Source of the DNA: an uncultured Phycisphaerales bacterium
Lineage (GTDB): Bacteria; Planctomycetota; Phycisphaerae; Tepidisphaerales; Tepidisphaeraceae
Assembly: GCA_963755915.1 (NCBI GenBank)
Contig: CAVWLP010000002.1
Span: forward strand, 2,304,001 to 2,368,000
Reading direction: 5' to 3'
DNA length: 64,000 bases
Below the pieces are notes generated by a model. It had not been told where the DNA came from. It worked only from the letters and a program-made list of their open reading frames with translations, and searched no databases. A program made the translations under genes and the position numbers. Shown here piece after piece: positions 30,182 through 41,840 of the stretch; within the stretch, counting starts at the first letter, position 1, and each line of letters opens with the position of its first letter.

Positions 30182-30738
30182 ATGTTGATCAGGGAAAGAA
30201 CCATTCAGGGTGGTGCCACGGATGAACTTGAAATCCTGCAATCCGACGCGTCCGCATCGTGGTTTGTGCTGCACACGCTGAGCCGGCAGGAAAAACAGCT
30301 CTGCGAGGATTTAGATGACCGCTTTATCCGTCATTTCTTACCGCTGGTAACCAAGACACATTACTACGGGCGGCGCAAGGTTGTGGCTGAGCTGCCGCTG
30401 TTTCCCGGGTATCTGTTCATGCTGGGTTCGATTGAGCAGGCATACAGCGCCGATCGCACCGGTCGTGTCGCCCGCATTCTGCCTGTCTCCGATCAGGATC
30501 AACTGAACTGGGAGATGCGCAATCTTCAAATTGCGCTTCATCGCAAGGCGGTTTTGGACATCTATCCAAACCTTCGGGCGGCGCGCGGGTCGAAGTGCGG
30601 TCGGGGCCATTTCGGCGGTTGCAGGGGGTAATCGACGAACGTCCCGGTAAACGAAATCAGCTTTTTCTCCAGGTGACGACTTTGGGAAAGGGAGTGAGCC
30701 TGGAGATTGACGGCAGTTTGTTGGAATTGCTGGAGTAG
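30182..30738 (+). CDS. NusG paralog transcription antiterminator (UpxY/RfaH-like; frameshift near 30580)
   Basis: WFVLHTLSRQEK, PLFPGYLF; KOW domain 'VEVRSGPFRRLQGVI' in the shifted frame; first gene of the locus. Confidence 0.88.
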
Positions 30739-30922
30739 CCGTGATTGGCGCTCCAGACTGAGTCTAAGTTGTTCATTCTGTTGTAGTAAGGGCTAACGCA
30801 TCGCGAAAAATGCGCATGCGACGGGGGCGGAGTCTTGCCTGATGGTTGGTTCAAGCCTCAGCTTTCAACGGGAAGGTTGGGTTGCAAAAGAGTTGGAGTA
30901 ACGACCCTTGGGAGGAAGTGCA

Positions 30923-31708
30923 ATGTTGGACAGCGACAACGCGGTATCCGTGGTCTCGGCACAAAATCGGGATATCCTTCCGATATCCCTCACCCACGCG
31001 CATCAGCACCGAAGAATCAAATGGTATCCGGAAATAAAAATGTTCGTGGAATGGTTTTGCGCATTGGGATTAATGATCCTTTTAGCCCCGCTCGTGGTGT
31101 TCCTGGCGCTGATCGTGAAACTGAGTTCGAAAGGTCCGGCGGTCTACAAACAGGCGAGAGTCGGTTATCGCGGTAAGGTTTTTCAGATCTACAAGATTCG
31201 AACGATGGTGCACAACGCCGAATCAGAGACTGGGCCGGTCTGGGCGACGAGGGACGATACTCGGATCACCTCCTTCGGCGCGTTTCTGAGAGCTACCCAT
31301 CTTGACGAGCTTCCCCAGCTTTTCAACGTGCTGAAGATGGAAATGAGTTTGATTGGACCCAGGCCGGAGCGGCCGGAAATCGAATCACAAATCGCCGAGA
31401 AGTTTTCGGTATTTCGCAACCGGCTCGCCGTCAGGCCCGGAATCACCGGGCTGTCGCAGATGCTGCTTCCGGCGGACGACCCGGCTGATCGGGTTCTGGA
31501 ATGCGTTCGCCGAAAATTGGAGTATGATCTCTACTACGTCCGCCACGTTAGTCTGCTCTTGGATTTGAGAATCTACATCGGCACGGTCTGCCGGCAGATT
31601 GCGCTGACGATGGAATCGGTTTGCCGGGTTCTGACCAACTCCTGCCGCACGGCGATCGAGGCGGATCGGGACATGCAGGTTTCGTTTGATATTGAACAGG
31701 AGCAATGA
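30923..31708 (+). CDS. Priming sugar transferase (undecaprenyl-phosphate glycosylphosphotransferase)
   Basis: YKIRTM, LRATHLDELPQL, MSLIGPRPERP, RPGITGLSQ, DLYY. Confidence 0.93.
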   Translation: MLDSDNAVSVVSAQNRDILPISLTHAHQHRRIKWYPEIKMFVEWFCALGLMILLAPLVVFLALIVKLSSKGPAVYKQARVGYRGKVFQIYKIRTMVHNAESETGPVWATRDDTRITSFGAFLRATHLDELPQLFNVLKMEMSLIGPRPERPEIESQIAEKFSVFRNRLAVRPGITGLSQMLLPADDPADRVLECVRRKLEYDLYYVRHVSLLLDLRIYIGTVCRQIALTMESVCRVLTNSCRTAIEADRDMQVSFDIEQEQ

Positions 31709-31717
31709 AGTAACATT

Positions 31718-34088
31718 ATGACTTCCGGATGGCCAGGCGCCCCCAAAGTTGAAGCTGCACACGGCGAAGACTCTGTCTCCAGACGTTCCGACCTTGCGCT
31801 GGGCGGCTACCATTCGCAACCGTCGGAATTCGCCGCCCCTGCCACCGTCGAAATCCCGGTCTCAAAATCTTCCGAACTGGGGCTGCGGGCACTTGTCGCT
31901 TTGCGACGGGCGTGGGCGTGGCTGGTTGTGAGCGGGTTGATCATCGGTGGCGGCGTCGCCTTCGTGAGTTGGAAGTATTCGCACGCAATGTATCGCAGCG
32001 CGGGGCTGGTGCGGATCGCTTACACCCTTCCGCCCGTCCTCCAGGTGACCGATCAGAATCAGCCGATGGAGATGTTCGGAACGTTCATGCAGTCGCAGCA
32101 GATGCTGATCTCAAGCCGGCGAGTGACGGACATGGCGATGGAAGATCCTGTGTGGAGAACCACGGGCCATGCCGTTCCCGCGGATCCTGGGAGCTACTTC
32201 GCCAACAACCTGCTGGTGTCGATTAAGCCCGGAAGCGAATACATCGAGATATCGGTAACCGATCCCGATCCGGCGACCGCCGCCGCCGCGGTCAACTCGG
32301 TGATTAACGCCTACGTCGAGCTGTACAACGGCCAAAGCCAGCAACTGGAGCGCCAGCGCATGGGCGTTTTGGAGGAATCGCAAAGGAACCTCAAGGACGA
32401 CATCGAAAATCTCAACGGACAGATCAACGCGGGAATCGCCAAATATGGGACATCCGATCTTCAGTACTTTTACGAAGATGCGGTCGCCCGGCTGAACAAA
32501 ATCGAGACGGCGATTGACGACACCAAGTCTGCGATCGCCGTCGCGCCCACCCACGGCGCACCGGGGAACCCGTTCGTTTCGCCCGATTCGGGATCGCCTG
32601 CCGATCTTACCGACGACCAGATCGCCGCGAGCGACGGGACCATGCGAAGATATCTCGATGAGCGCGACCGCCTCAACGAGGAGCTGCGCCGATTGAAATT
32701 CCTCGGCTACGACCAGCAGCATCCCCAGGTTGTGCTGGATCAATACCAATTGAATCGGGTGATGGCGGAGATTCACCAGTACGGGGAGCAGGTGCGTGTT
32801 TTCCAGTCGGCAACCGGAGCGGGGTTCAGCGATGGCAGCCATTCGGTCGCGGGTGCGCCGGCGGTCGCGCAGAAATCCGCCACGGATCTGCGCACCGATC
32901 TGGCAAATCTCACAAGCCTTTTCGAGGAAACCAAGTCCGAAATGCTCGCGATCGGCGCGGACCGCAAGAAATTCGAGGACTTCAACCATCAACTCACCTC
33001 CGACCAGGACCAACTGGACGCGCTGAACAGGCGCATGGAAACGCTGAAAACCGAGGACGCGCTCGGTGGGCGCCTCAGCGTCGATTCCACGGGAGAGATT
33101 CCGATTTCTCCCGATAAAGACCGGCGCGCTCTTACGCAATTGCCGGCGGATTGGGAGGCGCGCTGGCGCCGTCCGCAATCCTGCTCCTTACGGTAATGCT
33201 GACCTCCAGAAAATATCTCTATTCCGAGGAGACCGAGGCCGGTGTGCAATTGCGCGCTCCATTGCTCGGAATTGTCCCGGTGCTGGGCCCGCAACCCGTG
33301 AATGCCGACGGCATGATCGACGCTGCCCAAGCCGTTCACCAGATACGCGTCAGGCTTCGGTCGCAATCAGCGCAGGATGCGTCTTCGGTGTACATGGTCA
33401 CAAGCGCCACATCGGGCGACGGAAAGACCAGCCTCACCATGGCGCTGGCCATCTCCTGCCTGCGGCACGGCTGCGAACGCTGGTGATCGATTGCGATCTT
33501 TCCGCCTGCCAGCTTACACGATTGCTCAAGGCCGACGATGTTCCCGGGTTGCAGGACGCTCTGATAGGGCACACCGTCAAAAACCCCGCCAAGAAGATCG
33601 CACCGTATCTCTTTGTGCTGCCGGTCGGAAAAACCTCGATGTCGCCAACGTCTCTTCCGACTGCCGCGATCCGCGTGCTGATCAAAGCGGCCAAGCGCGA
33701 ATTCGATCTGGTGCTTTTCGACACCGGGCCGATTCTTTCCAGCGTCGAAGCCGCGGTGCTGGCGCAGGAGGTGGAGGGGATTATCTTCGCCATCTCGCGC
33801 GGACAGCATCGCTCGATCGTGCGCCGCGCCGTTCGAAGACTTGATGCGCTGGGGGGCAAAATAGAGGGATTTATCTTTAACCGCGCCCAGGCAACTGATT
33901 TTCTGGAAACGTCGTACGGATCCAGCTCCCATCGCTCATCGAGGGCGAGCACCCCCCGAAGCGGCAATCACAACGGTATAGGCAATGGCAATGGCCATTC
34001 CCTCGTGCCGCGGTTCGATTCCGAAACATTCAGCGAGTTCGGCCCGCTGGTGCAGGCGGTAGCCTGCGACTGGCAACAGGCAAACTAA
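31718..34088 (+). CDS. Wzc-like polysaccharide co-polymerase/tyrosine kinase (two frameshifts, near 33130 and 33465)
   Basis: TM-coiled coil-TM region, Walker A SATSGDGKTS, LVIDCD, LFDTGP. Confidence 0.85.
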
Positions 34089-34101
34089 TTTTTATTTTCT
34101 T

Positions 34102-35522
34102 ATGACTGCGAGTTCCATTCCTGAAGGGCTACTGCGCTCGCCGCGCGGTGTGAGCCTGAGGTCCGCCTGTCGAGCGGGCGGCGCGGACCTACCCCGGCGT
34201 GGCCGCCGAAAGTTTGCGCGGGGCTCTGGGTTTCGCGCTGTTTCTGCTCGTGAATCTGATTCTATTCATCAGGCCCGGAGAACTCATTGCAAGTCTGGAT
34301 GACTTCCCGATTTATGAAATCGTCATTACCTTTTGCCTGCTTGCATCGTTTCCACTGGTTGTTCGGCAGCTCGCTTGGCGGTCTTTGAAGTTCAGCCCGA
34401 TTACAGTGTTCGTTCTGGCTCTTCTGCCGGCCATCATTTTGTCGTCAATCGGCCACCACCTTTTCTGGATGGGAAGGGAATTGAGCGTCAACATGCTCAA
34501 GATTCAGGCCTATTTCCTTCTGCTTGTCGGCCTGGTGAATTCCGTCCGGCGTTTGCGGAGCTTTCTGCTGTTCATCTTCGTCGCTATGACGCTGATGAGC
34601 ATCATCGTTTTGCTGGGCAACTTCGGCATTATCGACGTGTACAGTCTCTCCAGCGTTGGGAAGCAAACGGCGGGTCAGGTTGGGGGGGTGGACATCGGCC
34701 GCGTCCGCGGGCTGGGAGTCTTCAACGATCCCAACGATCTGTCGCTGATCATGGTGGTGGGTGTACTCATTGGTCTTCATTTTCTGATCGGGTGCAAGGG
34801 CTGGATTGGGCGCTTTTTATGGGCGGCGCCGATCGCTCCGCTTCTGTGGGTGTTTGCGTTGACCGCTTCGCGTGGAGGGCTTTTATCGCTGTGCGCCGGT
34901 CTGAGTGTGTTGACCACCACCCGATATGGATGGAAGCGGGCGATCCTCATTGCCTGCCTTGTCGGACCGATCCTGGCGCTAACACTGGCGCTCGCCAGAC
35001 CAACCTCGATTTTTCCAACCCCGGCGACACGGCGCAGGGGCGAATGCTGCTTTGGCGGGACGCAATGGTGTTGTTTCACCACGCCCCGATTTTGGGGATC
35101 GGAGCGGGCGAACTTACTCAGACCTACCACCAGGTGTCTCACAATTCATTCGTGCAGACGTACGCGGAGATGGGATTGGTTGGGGGAACGATTTTCGTGG
35201 GGGTGATGGTGATGCCGATTTTCGTTTGCCGCGCGATCGCGAAAAGCCTGCCAAAATCGTCGGCGGATGAGCTGAGGCGATGGAACTTCACAATTCTGTC
35301 GATCACCGTGGGGTATATCATCGGAATGTGCTCGCTTTCGCGGAGCAGCACGGTTCCGACATTCATTCCGCCGGCTCTGGCGGGGGCGCTATCGGCGATA
35401 GTGACGCGCGCCTATCCGTGGTTTCGGACGCCGCTGAATTTCGCCATCGTGCGCCGTATCTGCATCGCCTCTGCGGTTGCCGTCGCAGCTTTGGAAATCT
35501 GCCGCGGTACTTCATCAGTTGA
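34102..35522 (+). CDS. O-antigen ligase/Wzy-like membrane protein (frameshifted)
   Basis: FNDPNDL, TASRGG, PILGIG, SHNSFVQTYAEMGLVG motifs across ORFs 34199-35206 and 34333-; both ends approximate. Confidence 0.82.
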
Positions 35523-35544
35523 TTCATCTGCCGAATCTGAAGCA

Positions 35545-36518
35545 ATGCTGGATGTTTTCCTTACCGTCGACACGGAGTTTTATCCGCTGCGGCCCGACTG
35601 GCGCATTGCGGGGCTGAGCCGCGATATCGCCCGTGACCTCTACGGCAAAACCGAGCGCGGAGAGTTCGGCGTTTCCTATCAACTGAATGTTCTGGCTGCC
35701 AACGGCCTGAAGGCAACATTTTTCGTCGAAGGCCTCTGTGGCAGTGCCGCCGGCGACGAGGTGCTTGGGCGGCTGGTTGATGAAATTCAATCGAAGGGGC
35801 AGGAAGTTCAGCTCCATCTTCATCCGGAATGGCTTCAGTGGATGGCCAATCCGCCGGTTCCCAGCCAGGGCGCGAACTGATCGCCCAGTTTTTCGCGTCG
35901 GAGCAGCGGCAACTGATCGCCATCGCCCGCGAAAACGTGGTCCGGGCGGGCGCTGAAAACATAATGGCGTTTCGTGCGGGTGATTACGCCGCCGGCGCCG
36001 ATACGCTTGCGGCCCTGGCCGACAACGGTATCCGCATCGACACCAGCTACAACGCCTGCCACGCGAAATCCCTGGCCGATGTCGCCGAGCTTGAGGGTGC
36101 TCATCAGCCCGTGGAAGTTTCGGGGGTGTGGGAGTTTCCCGTGGCGGTCTGGAGTGACGGGCTTGGGTCTCATCGCCCGGCGCAATTGTGCAGTTGTTCC
36201 GCCTCGGAGATGCAAGGATCGCTCATCAGTGCCTGGAAGAACGGGTGGAAATGTTTTGTGATCGTCTCCCACAGCTTTGAATTGCTGAAGAAGCGCCGCC
36301 AGCGCGTTTCGCGCCCAATGCCCGATCCGATTGTCGTCCGCAGATTTACGCAGCTATGCGAATTTCTGCGGGCCAATAACGATAAATTCCGCACCGGTCA
36401 CTTCCGCGATGTTGAGACCCATTTGCTGGGCGTCGCCGAGCCGGCCAAACCGATCCGTTCCCCGGCCTACCGGACGGCCTGGCGTCTGGCGGAGCAAACC
36501 TGCCGGCGCCTCGGCTGA
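35545..36518 (+). CDS. Polysaccharide deacetylase family protein (frameshift near 35870)
   Basis: FLTVDTE, ATFFVE, VQLHLHPEW, FRAG, SHSFE. Confidence 0.82.
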
Positions 36519-36529
36519 CCAAAACTGCG

Positions 36530-37735
36530 ATGACCCGATTGCTGGAAATTGAATCGCCCGCGCCGGCCAAACGGCCCGCGTTGCCGTCTGGTCCGGATGT
36601 GCCGGCTATCGCCGTGGCGCACGTCGTGCTCTCTCTGGAGATCGGCGGGCTTGAGCGTGTGGTGGTCGATCTCGTCCGCGAGGGGATCCGGCTTGGCCAG
36701 AAGGTTTCGGTGGTCTGTCTGCAACGATTGGGCGAACTGGCCGATGAGGCGCGTGAGGCGGGCGCCGAAGTTGTTTGTCTCAACAAACTGCCTGGAATTC
36801 GTTTTGAACTCTCCAGAAAGATTGCGGCGCAATTGTGCGAATTGAAGCCTGATGTCGTTCACAGCCATCAGGTGGGAGCGCTGTTTTACGCGAGCGGCGC
36901 CGCCCGCCGTGCGGGTGTGCCGGTCGTCGTTCACACTGAACATGGCAAACATTATTCCTCACGATGGCGGACACGTGTTCTCGGCCGACACGCGGCGAGG
37001 CGCGTGAATCGGTTCTTCTGTGTTTCCGGCGATATCGCCCTGGAAGCCTGCCGCTGCCGGATCGTCGATCCTCGAAAGCTCGTTGTTCTGCCGAATGGAA
37101 TCGATCTCTCGCGATTTCGCCCGCAATGCGATGATTCGCTTCGCGCTCGGTTCAATATTCCAGCGGATTCCCCCGTCATCGGCACTGTCGGCCGTCTCAG
37201 CGAAATCAAGCAGCAGCACATATTGCTGCGGGCCCTGGCGGAAATCGCGCCGAAGTTTCCGACAGCGCAGCTCCTGCTCGTCGGAGACGGCCCCTTACGC
37301 TCGGAACTGGAGCAATTGGCTGATGGGCTTGGGCTGAGCGAGCGCGTTCATTTCGTCGGTTATCAGGCGGAACCGCAAAAATTTCTTGCGATGATGAATG
37401 TTTTCGCTCTGACCAGCCGCTCGGAAGGGATGCCGCTTTCGGTGCTGGAAGCCTGGGCCGCGGGGCTGCCCGTGGTGGTGTCGGCGGTGGGCGGTTTGCC
37501 GGAATTGATCGGGAATAGCGGGGCAGGTTTGCTGTTCCCGTCCGGTGATGTCGCGGCACTGGCGTTGCGACTTTCGGATTTGCTCGCAAATGAGCGATCC
37601 CGTTTGGAGATGGGTGGGCGGGGGCGCGAAGTCGTCGAAAATTCGTATAGCGTTCAACGAATGGCCGGCGATTATCACCGGCATTACGTCTCCCTGCTCG
37701 GCAAGGCGCATCATGCGCGTATTAGCCATCACTAG
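36530..37735 (+). CDS. GT4 glycosyltransferase
   Basis: GGLERVV, HTEHG, VGRLSEIK, SEGMPLSVLEAWAAGLPVV. Confidence 0.92.
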   Translation: MTRLLEIESPAPAKRPALPSGPDVPAIAVAHVVLSLEIGGLERVVVDLVREGIRLGQKVSVVCLQRLGELADEAREAGAEVVCLNKLPGIRFELSRKIAAQLCELKPDVVHSHQVGALFYASGAARRAGVPVVVHTEHGKHYSSRWRTRVLGRHAARRVNRFFCVSGDIALEACRCRIVDPRKLVVLPNGIDLSRFRPQCDDSLRARFNIPADSPVIGTVGRLSEIKQQHILLRALAEIAPKFPTAQLLLVGDGPLRSELEQLADGLGLSERVHFVGYQAEPQKFLAMMNVFALTSRSEGMPLSVLEAWAAGLPVVVSAVGGLPELIGNSGAGLLFPSGDVAALALRLSDLLANERSRLEMGGRGREVVENSYSVQRMAGDYHRHYVSLLGKAHHARISHH

Positions 37736-38916
37736 CTGTCATCCCAGTCCGCACAGCCCGCGGCATTGCATCTATCACCAACACAAGATGCGCGCTGTCG
37801 CGGATGCACGATCTGCGCCTGATTGTTCCGGTCGCCTGGCGAAAACGATTGGGGACGCCGGCAATCGCGGCGAATGATGGACCCGCAAACGTCTCATTCC
37901 CAACGTACTGGTATACGCCCAGGATTCTCGAACAGTTTTACGGACGTTTTTATCTCGCCAGCATCAAATCAGCCGTGCGTCTCGCTGTGCAGAATTTTCA
38001 GCCCGACTTGGTGTTTGCATGCTGGGCCCATCCCGACGGATGGGCGGCGGCGCAGATCGCCAAACGGCTCGGCGTGCCGGTTGTCATCAAGGTCATCGGC
38101 TCTGATGTGCTCGTCCTCTCCAAACGCCCGAAGCGCCGCGGAATTTTGGCCCAGACGCTCCAATCGGCCGATGCCGTCATTGCGGTGAATCACGATCTTG
38201 CGAATCATGTCAATCAGCTCGGGGTGAATCCCAGAAACATTCATGTCGTCCCCGAAGGCATCGACACCGACGTTTTCCGCCCGGGCGACCGATCAGCGGC
38301 AAGAACATCCCTGGGGATTCCGGACTACGCGAGAATCCTCCTCTTCGTGGGCAATCTGCTGATGAGCAAAGGGGCAGGCGTGCTGATCGAAGCCTGCGCG
38401 AAGCTTGCAGCGAAAGTCCCCGACTTCAGATGTTATCTTGTCGGCAGCGGCGACGACGCGACGGCCCTTCACCGAATGGTGCAATCTCAAAGGCTGGATG
38501 GTCGCGTATTTTTCGCCGGTTCATGCACCCAGGGGACGCTCGTCCAGTGGTATCACGCCTGTGATGTCGTCGCACTTCCGAGCTTCTCGGAGGGAATACC
38601 TAATGTTCTTCGCGAATCGCTTCAATGCGGTCGCCCGTTCATTGCCACGCATGTTGGAGGCATTCCGGAAATCAGTGATTCAGCATACAGCCGGCTGGTT
38701 GCGCCCGGAAACATTGGCGAGCTGGCCGCGGCTTTGGAATCGATGCTTCTTTCGCCGCCGGTTGTCGAAGCAAGCGCCGCCGCGCGCGTCAACATAACCT
38801 GGAGCCGTTCAGCGGAAATGATTTCCGATGTCTTTCGTCGCGTTTGCGAGGCGAAATCGACGGCGGTTCCATTGCATTCTGCCGTTTCGGAGCTTTCAAA
38901 CCTAGCCGCCCAATGA
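37713..38916 (+). CDS. GT4 glycosyltransferase, TuaC-like (frameshift near 37800)
   Basis: WAHPDG, GSDV, SEGIPNVLRESLQCGRPF. Confidence 0.88.
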
Positions 38917-40127
38917 CGACCACTCTGATCGATCAAACGCAGGCATACGAGTGTCCCGTGCCGGCGGCGTTCGAAGGCCGCGACATGCTCTGCTTCAGCC
39001 ACGACTGGAGCGGCGACCCGCTTTCCAAGACCCACCTCATGCGTCTTCTGGCCCGCCGCAATCGGGTGCTGTGGGTGAATTCGATCGGATATCGTGCGCC
39101 TACGGTTTCGCGGAGAGATATCCGCCGGGCTTTTGCCAAGCTTAGCGCCGCCGCCGCGCCGATTCGCGAGCCGGAGCCCAACATTTTCGTCATGAATCCG
39201 CTGGCGATTCCCGCCTATGGGAACCCGCTGATTCGCAAGGTCAATCAGCGAATCCTGCGCATGCAGGTCAGGCGGGCGATGCACAAGCTGCGGTTTCGCC
39301 GGCCGATCAACTGGGTCTTCAACCCCGCGGCGGCTGTTGTGGCCGGCACGCTTGGCGAAGACAGGATTATCTACTACTGCGTCGATGAATACACCGCATT
39401 TTCCGGAGTCTCCGGCGGACATCTGGCGCAGCTCGAAGAACAGCTTCTGGGCCGGGCCGATCTCGTCATCGTTTCCGCCGAGCCCTTGCTCCAAAGCAAA
39501 AAGCAGTTCAACCCGCGCACGATCCTCGTGCGCCACGGCGTCGACCATGCGCATTTCCGCAAGGCGCTCAATAGCAGCACACAAATCCCGTCAGAGATCG
39601 CCTCCCTTCCGCACCCAATCGTCGGATTCTTCGGTCTCATCGCCGACTGGGTCGACGTCGATCTCATGGCCCAGGTCGCAAAACATTTCTCGACAGGCTC
39701 GCTTGTGGTGCTCGGTCGTGCTACCACCGATATCTCGGTCCTCCAGGGAATTCCTAACGTGCATATCCTGGGCAGAAAACCGTACGAATCTCTGCCGGCG
39801 TATTGCAAAGGATTCGACGTGGCCATTAATCCATTTCGGATCAATCGCCTCACAATCAACGCCAACCCGCTGAAGGTGCGGGAATATCTGGCGGCCGGTC
39901 TTCCGGTTGTCTCCACCGCGATTCCCGAAGTCGAAGCGCTGGATGTGTGTCGGATTGGCCGGGAGAGCGAGGGATTCATTCGGGAAATTGAAGAGGCTTT
40001 GAAAAATCCTGGTCCCTCCACCGCGCGAAGCGATGCCATGCGCAGCGAGAGCTGGGAAGAGCGGCTGAATTCGATCTCCCGCCATTTCGGCGAAATGTGC
40101 GGCGAGAAACAGGGGAGCGTTGCGTGA
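38913..40127 (+). CDS. Glycosyltransferase, TuaH-like
   Basis: YYCVDE, HGVD, FFGLIADWVD, NPLKVREYLAAGLPVV. Confidence 0.88.
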   Translation: MTTTLIDQTQAYECPVPAAFEGRDMLCFSHDWSGDPLSKTHLMRLLARRNRVLWVNSIGYRAPTVSRRDIRRAFAKLSAAAAPIREPEPNIFVMNPLAIPAYGNPLIRKVNQRILRMQVRRAMHKLRFRRPINWVFNPAAAVVAGTLGEDRIIYYCVDEYTAFSGVSGGHLAQLEEQLLGRADLVIVSAEPLLQSKKQFNPRTILVRHGVDHAHFRKALNSSTQIPSEIASLPHPIVGFFGLIADWVDVDLMAQVAKHFSTGSLVVLGRATTDISVLQGIPNVHILGRKPYESLPAYCKGFDVAINPFRINRLTINANPLKVREYLAAGLPVVSTAIPEVEALDVCRIGRESEGFIREIEEALKNPGPSTARSDAMRSESWEERLNSISRHFGEMCGEKQGSVA

Positions 40128-41221
40128 AAATCCTCCTCGTCGCCGCGTGCCGCCCGAATTTCATGAAGATCGCCCCGCTCATGTGGGAAATCCGCAAGCG
40201 CGGTAACATCCAAAGCTTTCTCGTTCACACCGGCCAGCATTACGACCAGCAGATGTCGCAGATTTTCTTTGAGGAGTTGGGGATTCCTCAGCCGGATGTC
40301 GACCTGGGCGTCGGGTCCGGCTCGCATGCGGTCCAGACGGCGGAGGTGATTCGCAAATTTGAGCCGGTGATTCTCGAGTACAAGCCCGATGTTGTTGTGG
40401 TGGTCGGAGATGTCAATTCAACTTTGGCATGCGCGATCACCGCGGTGAAGCTGGGGATTGTGGTTGCTCACGTCGAGGCGGGTTTGCGCAGCTTCGACCG
40501 GACGATGCCGGAGGAAATCAACCGCATCCTTACCGATTCCATCAGCCGCTGGCTGTTCGTCAGCGAGCGCAGCGGCGTGGAGAATCTCCGACGCGAGGGT
40601 GTCAGCGATGAGCGTATTTTCTTCGTCGGCAACGTCATGATCGACACGCTCCTCGCTTGCCGAAAACGTGCGGAGGGATCGAAAGTTCTTCAGACGCTGA
40701 ACCTGGAAGACGGGAACTATGCAGTCGTCACCCTTCATCGTCCTGCGAATGTTGATGATGCCGGGGCCCTGGGGAAACTGCTCGAAGCGCTCGAGGACGT
40801 CGGCCGCGAAATGGCCGTGGTTTTCCCGGTGCATCCGCGCTCGCGAAAGGCGCTCAATGGGCGGGCGATTTCCGCTTCGCCCAACCTGCGGCTTATCGAC
40901 CCGCTGGGTTATCTTGATTTCGTAAAGCTGATGTCCCACAGCCGCGTCGTCTTCACCGACTCGGGCGGGATTCAGGAAGAGACGACCGTGATGGGCATTC
41001 CCTGCCTGACGCTTCGCGCCAATACCGAGCGGCCCGCGACGGTTTCCCAGGGAACGAACCTGCTGGTCGGCACCGACCGCGACAGCATTGTCCGAGCGTT
41101 CCACGAAACCGTGAGCCATCCCAAGGCCGGTCGAATTCCCGAGCGGTGGGACGGCCTGGCCGCCCATCGCGTGATCGATGTGCTGGAGAGCACGATCAAT
41201 ACCCCTCCATCCAGTTGGTAA
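40124..41221 (+). CDS. wecB: UDP-N-acetylglucosamine 2-epimerase (non-hydrolysing)
   Basis: RPNFMK, HTGQHYD, HVEAGLRS, MPEEINR, TDSGGIQEE. Confidence 0.95.
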   Translation: MKILLVAACRPNFMKIAPLMWEIRKRGNIQSFLVHTGQHYDQQMSQIFFEELGIPQPDVDLGVGSGSHAVQTAEVIRKFEPVILEYKPDVVVVVGDVNSTLACAITAVKLGIVVAHVEAGLRSFDRTMPEEINRILTDSISRWLFVSERSGVENLRREGVSDERIFFVGNVMIDTLLACRKRAEGSKVLQTLNLEDGNYAVVTLHRPANVDDAGALGKLLEALEDVGREMAVVFPVHPRSRKALNGRAISASPNLRLIDPLGYLDFVKLMSHSRVVFTDSGGIQEETTVMGIPCLTLRANTERPATVSQGTNLLVGTDRDSIVRAFHETVSHPKAGRIPERWDGLAAHRVIDVLESTINTPPSSW

Positions 41222-41225
41222 GCCC

Positions 41226-41840
41226 GTGCCCGGTCTTCTCGAAACAATCCGCTATGATGTGCGATGCAAAGCGCAGTGGTGCTATGAGAACACCGCCGCC
41301 CGGAGCATGGTGAAGGCCCTGCTCACCGACGGAACCACGGCGATGCTGATTTACCGCCTGATGCAATGGTCCGGCCGTCATGGGCTGTGGCCGCTGGAAA
41401 TGCTTTTCAACAAGCTCAATGCGGTGCTGAATCAGTGCATCATCGGGCGCGGGGCCGACTTTGGGCCGGGTTTCGTGCTGATTCATGCAACCGGCGTCAT
41501 CATCAACGGCGACGTTCGCGGCGGCGCGCGAATCTATATCGAGCACCAAGTGACCATCGGCGCCGACAATCGCCGCAGCCCGGTGCTCGAAAGCGACGTA
41601 TTCATCGGTGCGGGGGCAAGAGTGATCGGAAATGTAAAAGTCGGGGAGGGGGCGAGGATCGGAGCCAACGCGGTCGTCGTTGAAGATGTGCCCGATCACT
41701 GTACGGTCGCCGGTGTTCCCGCAAAGGTGGTTCGCCGGCGGACGCCTGCTCGGGCTGAAAATGAAAAACCCGTCGTCGCGCAGTTGACGCCTGCCCTGGT
41801 TCCGAAAAGCTCAACATTTAATTCGGCCGACCATCCGTGA
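41226..41840 (+). CDS. Serine acetyltransferase-like hexapeptide acyltransferase
   Basis: Hexapeptide repeats, IGANAVV, VAGVPAKVV. Confidence 0.88.
   Translation: MPGLLETIRYDVRCKAQWCYENTAARSMVKALLTDGTTAMLIYRLMQWSGRHGLWPLEMLFNKLNAVLNQCIIGRGADFGPGFVLIHATGVIINGDVRGGARIYIEHQVTIGADNRRSPVLESDVFIGAGARVIGNVKVGEGARIGANAVVVEDVPDHCTVAGVPAKVVRRRTPARAENEKPVVAQLTPALVPKSSTFNSADHP

Noticed and set aside
34333-35880. 515-aa ORF as a ligase-deacetylase fusion
   Set aside because: Chimera produced by frameshifts; the domains have their own stop (about 35522) and start (35545).
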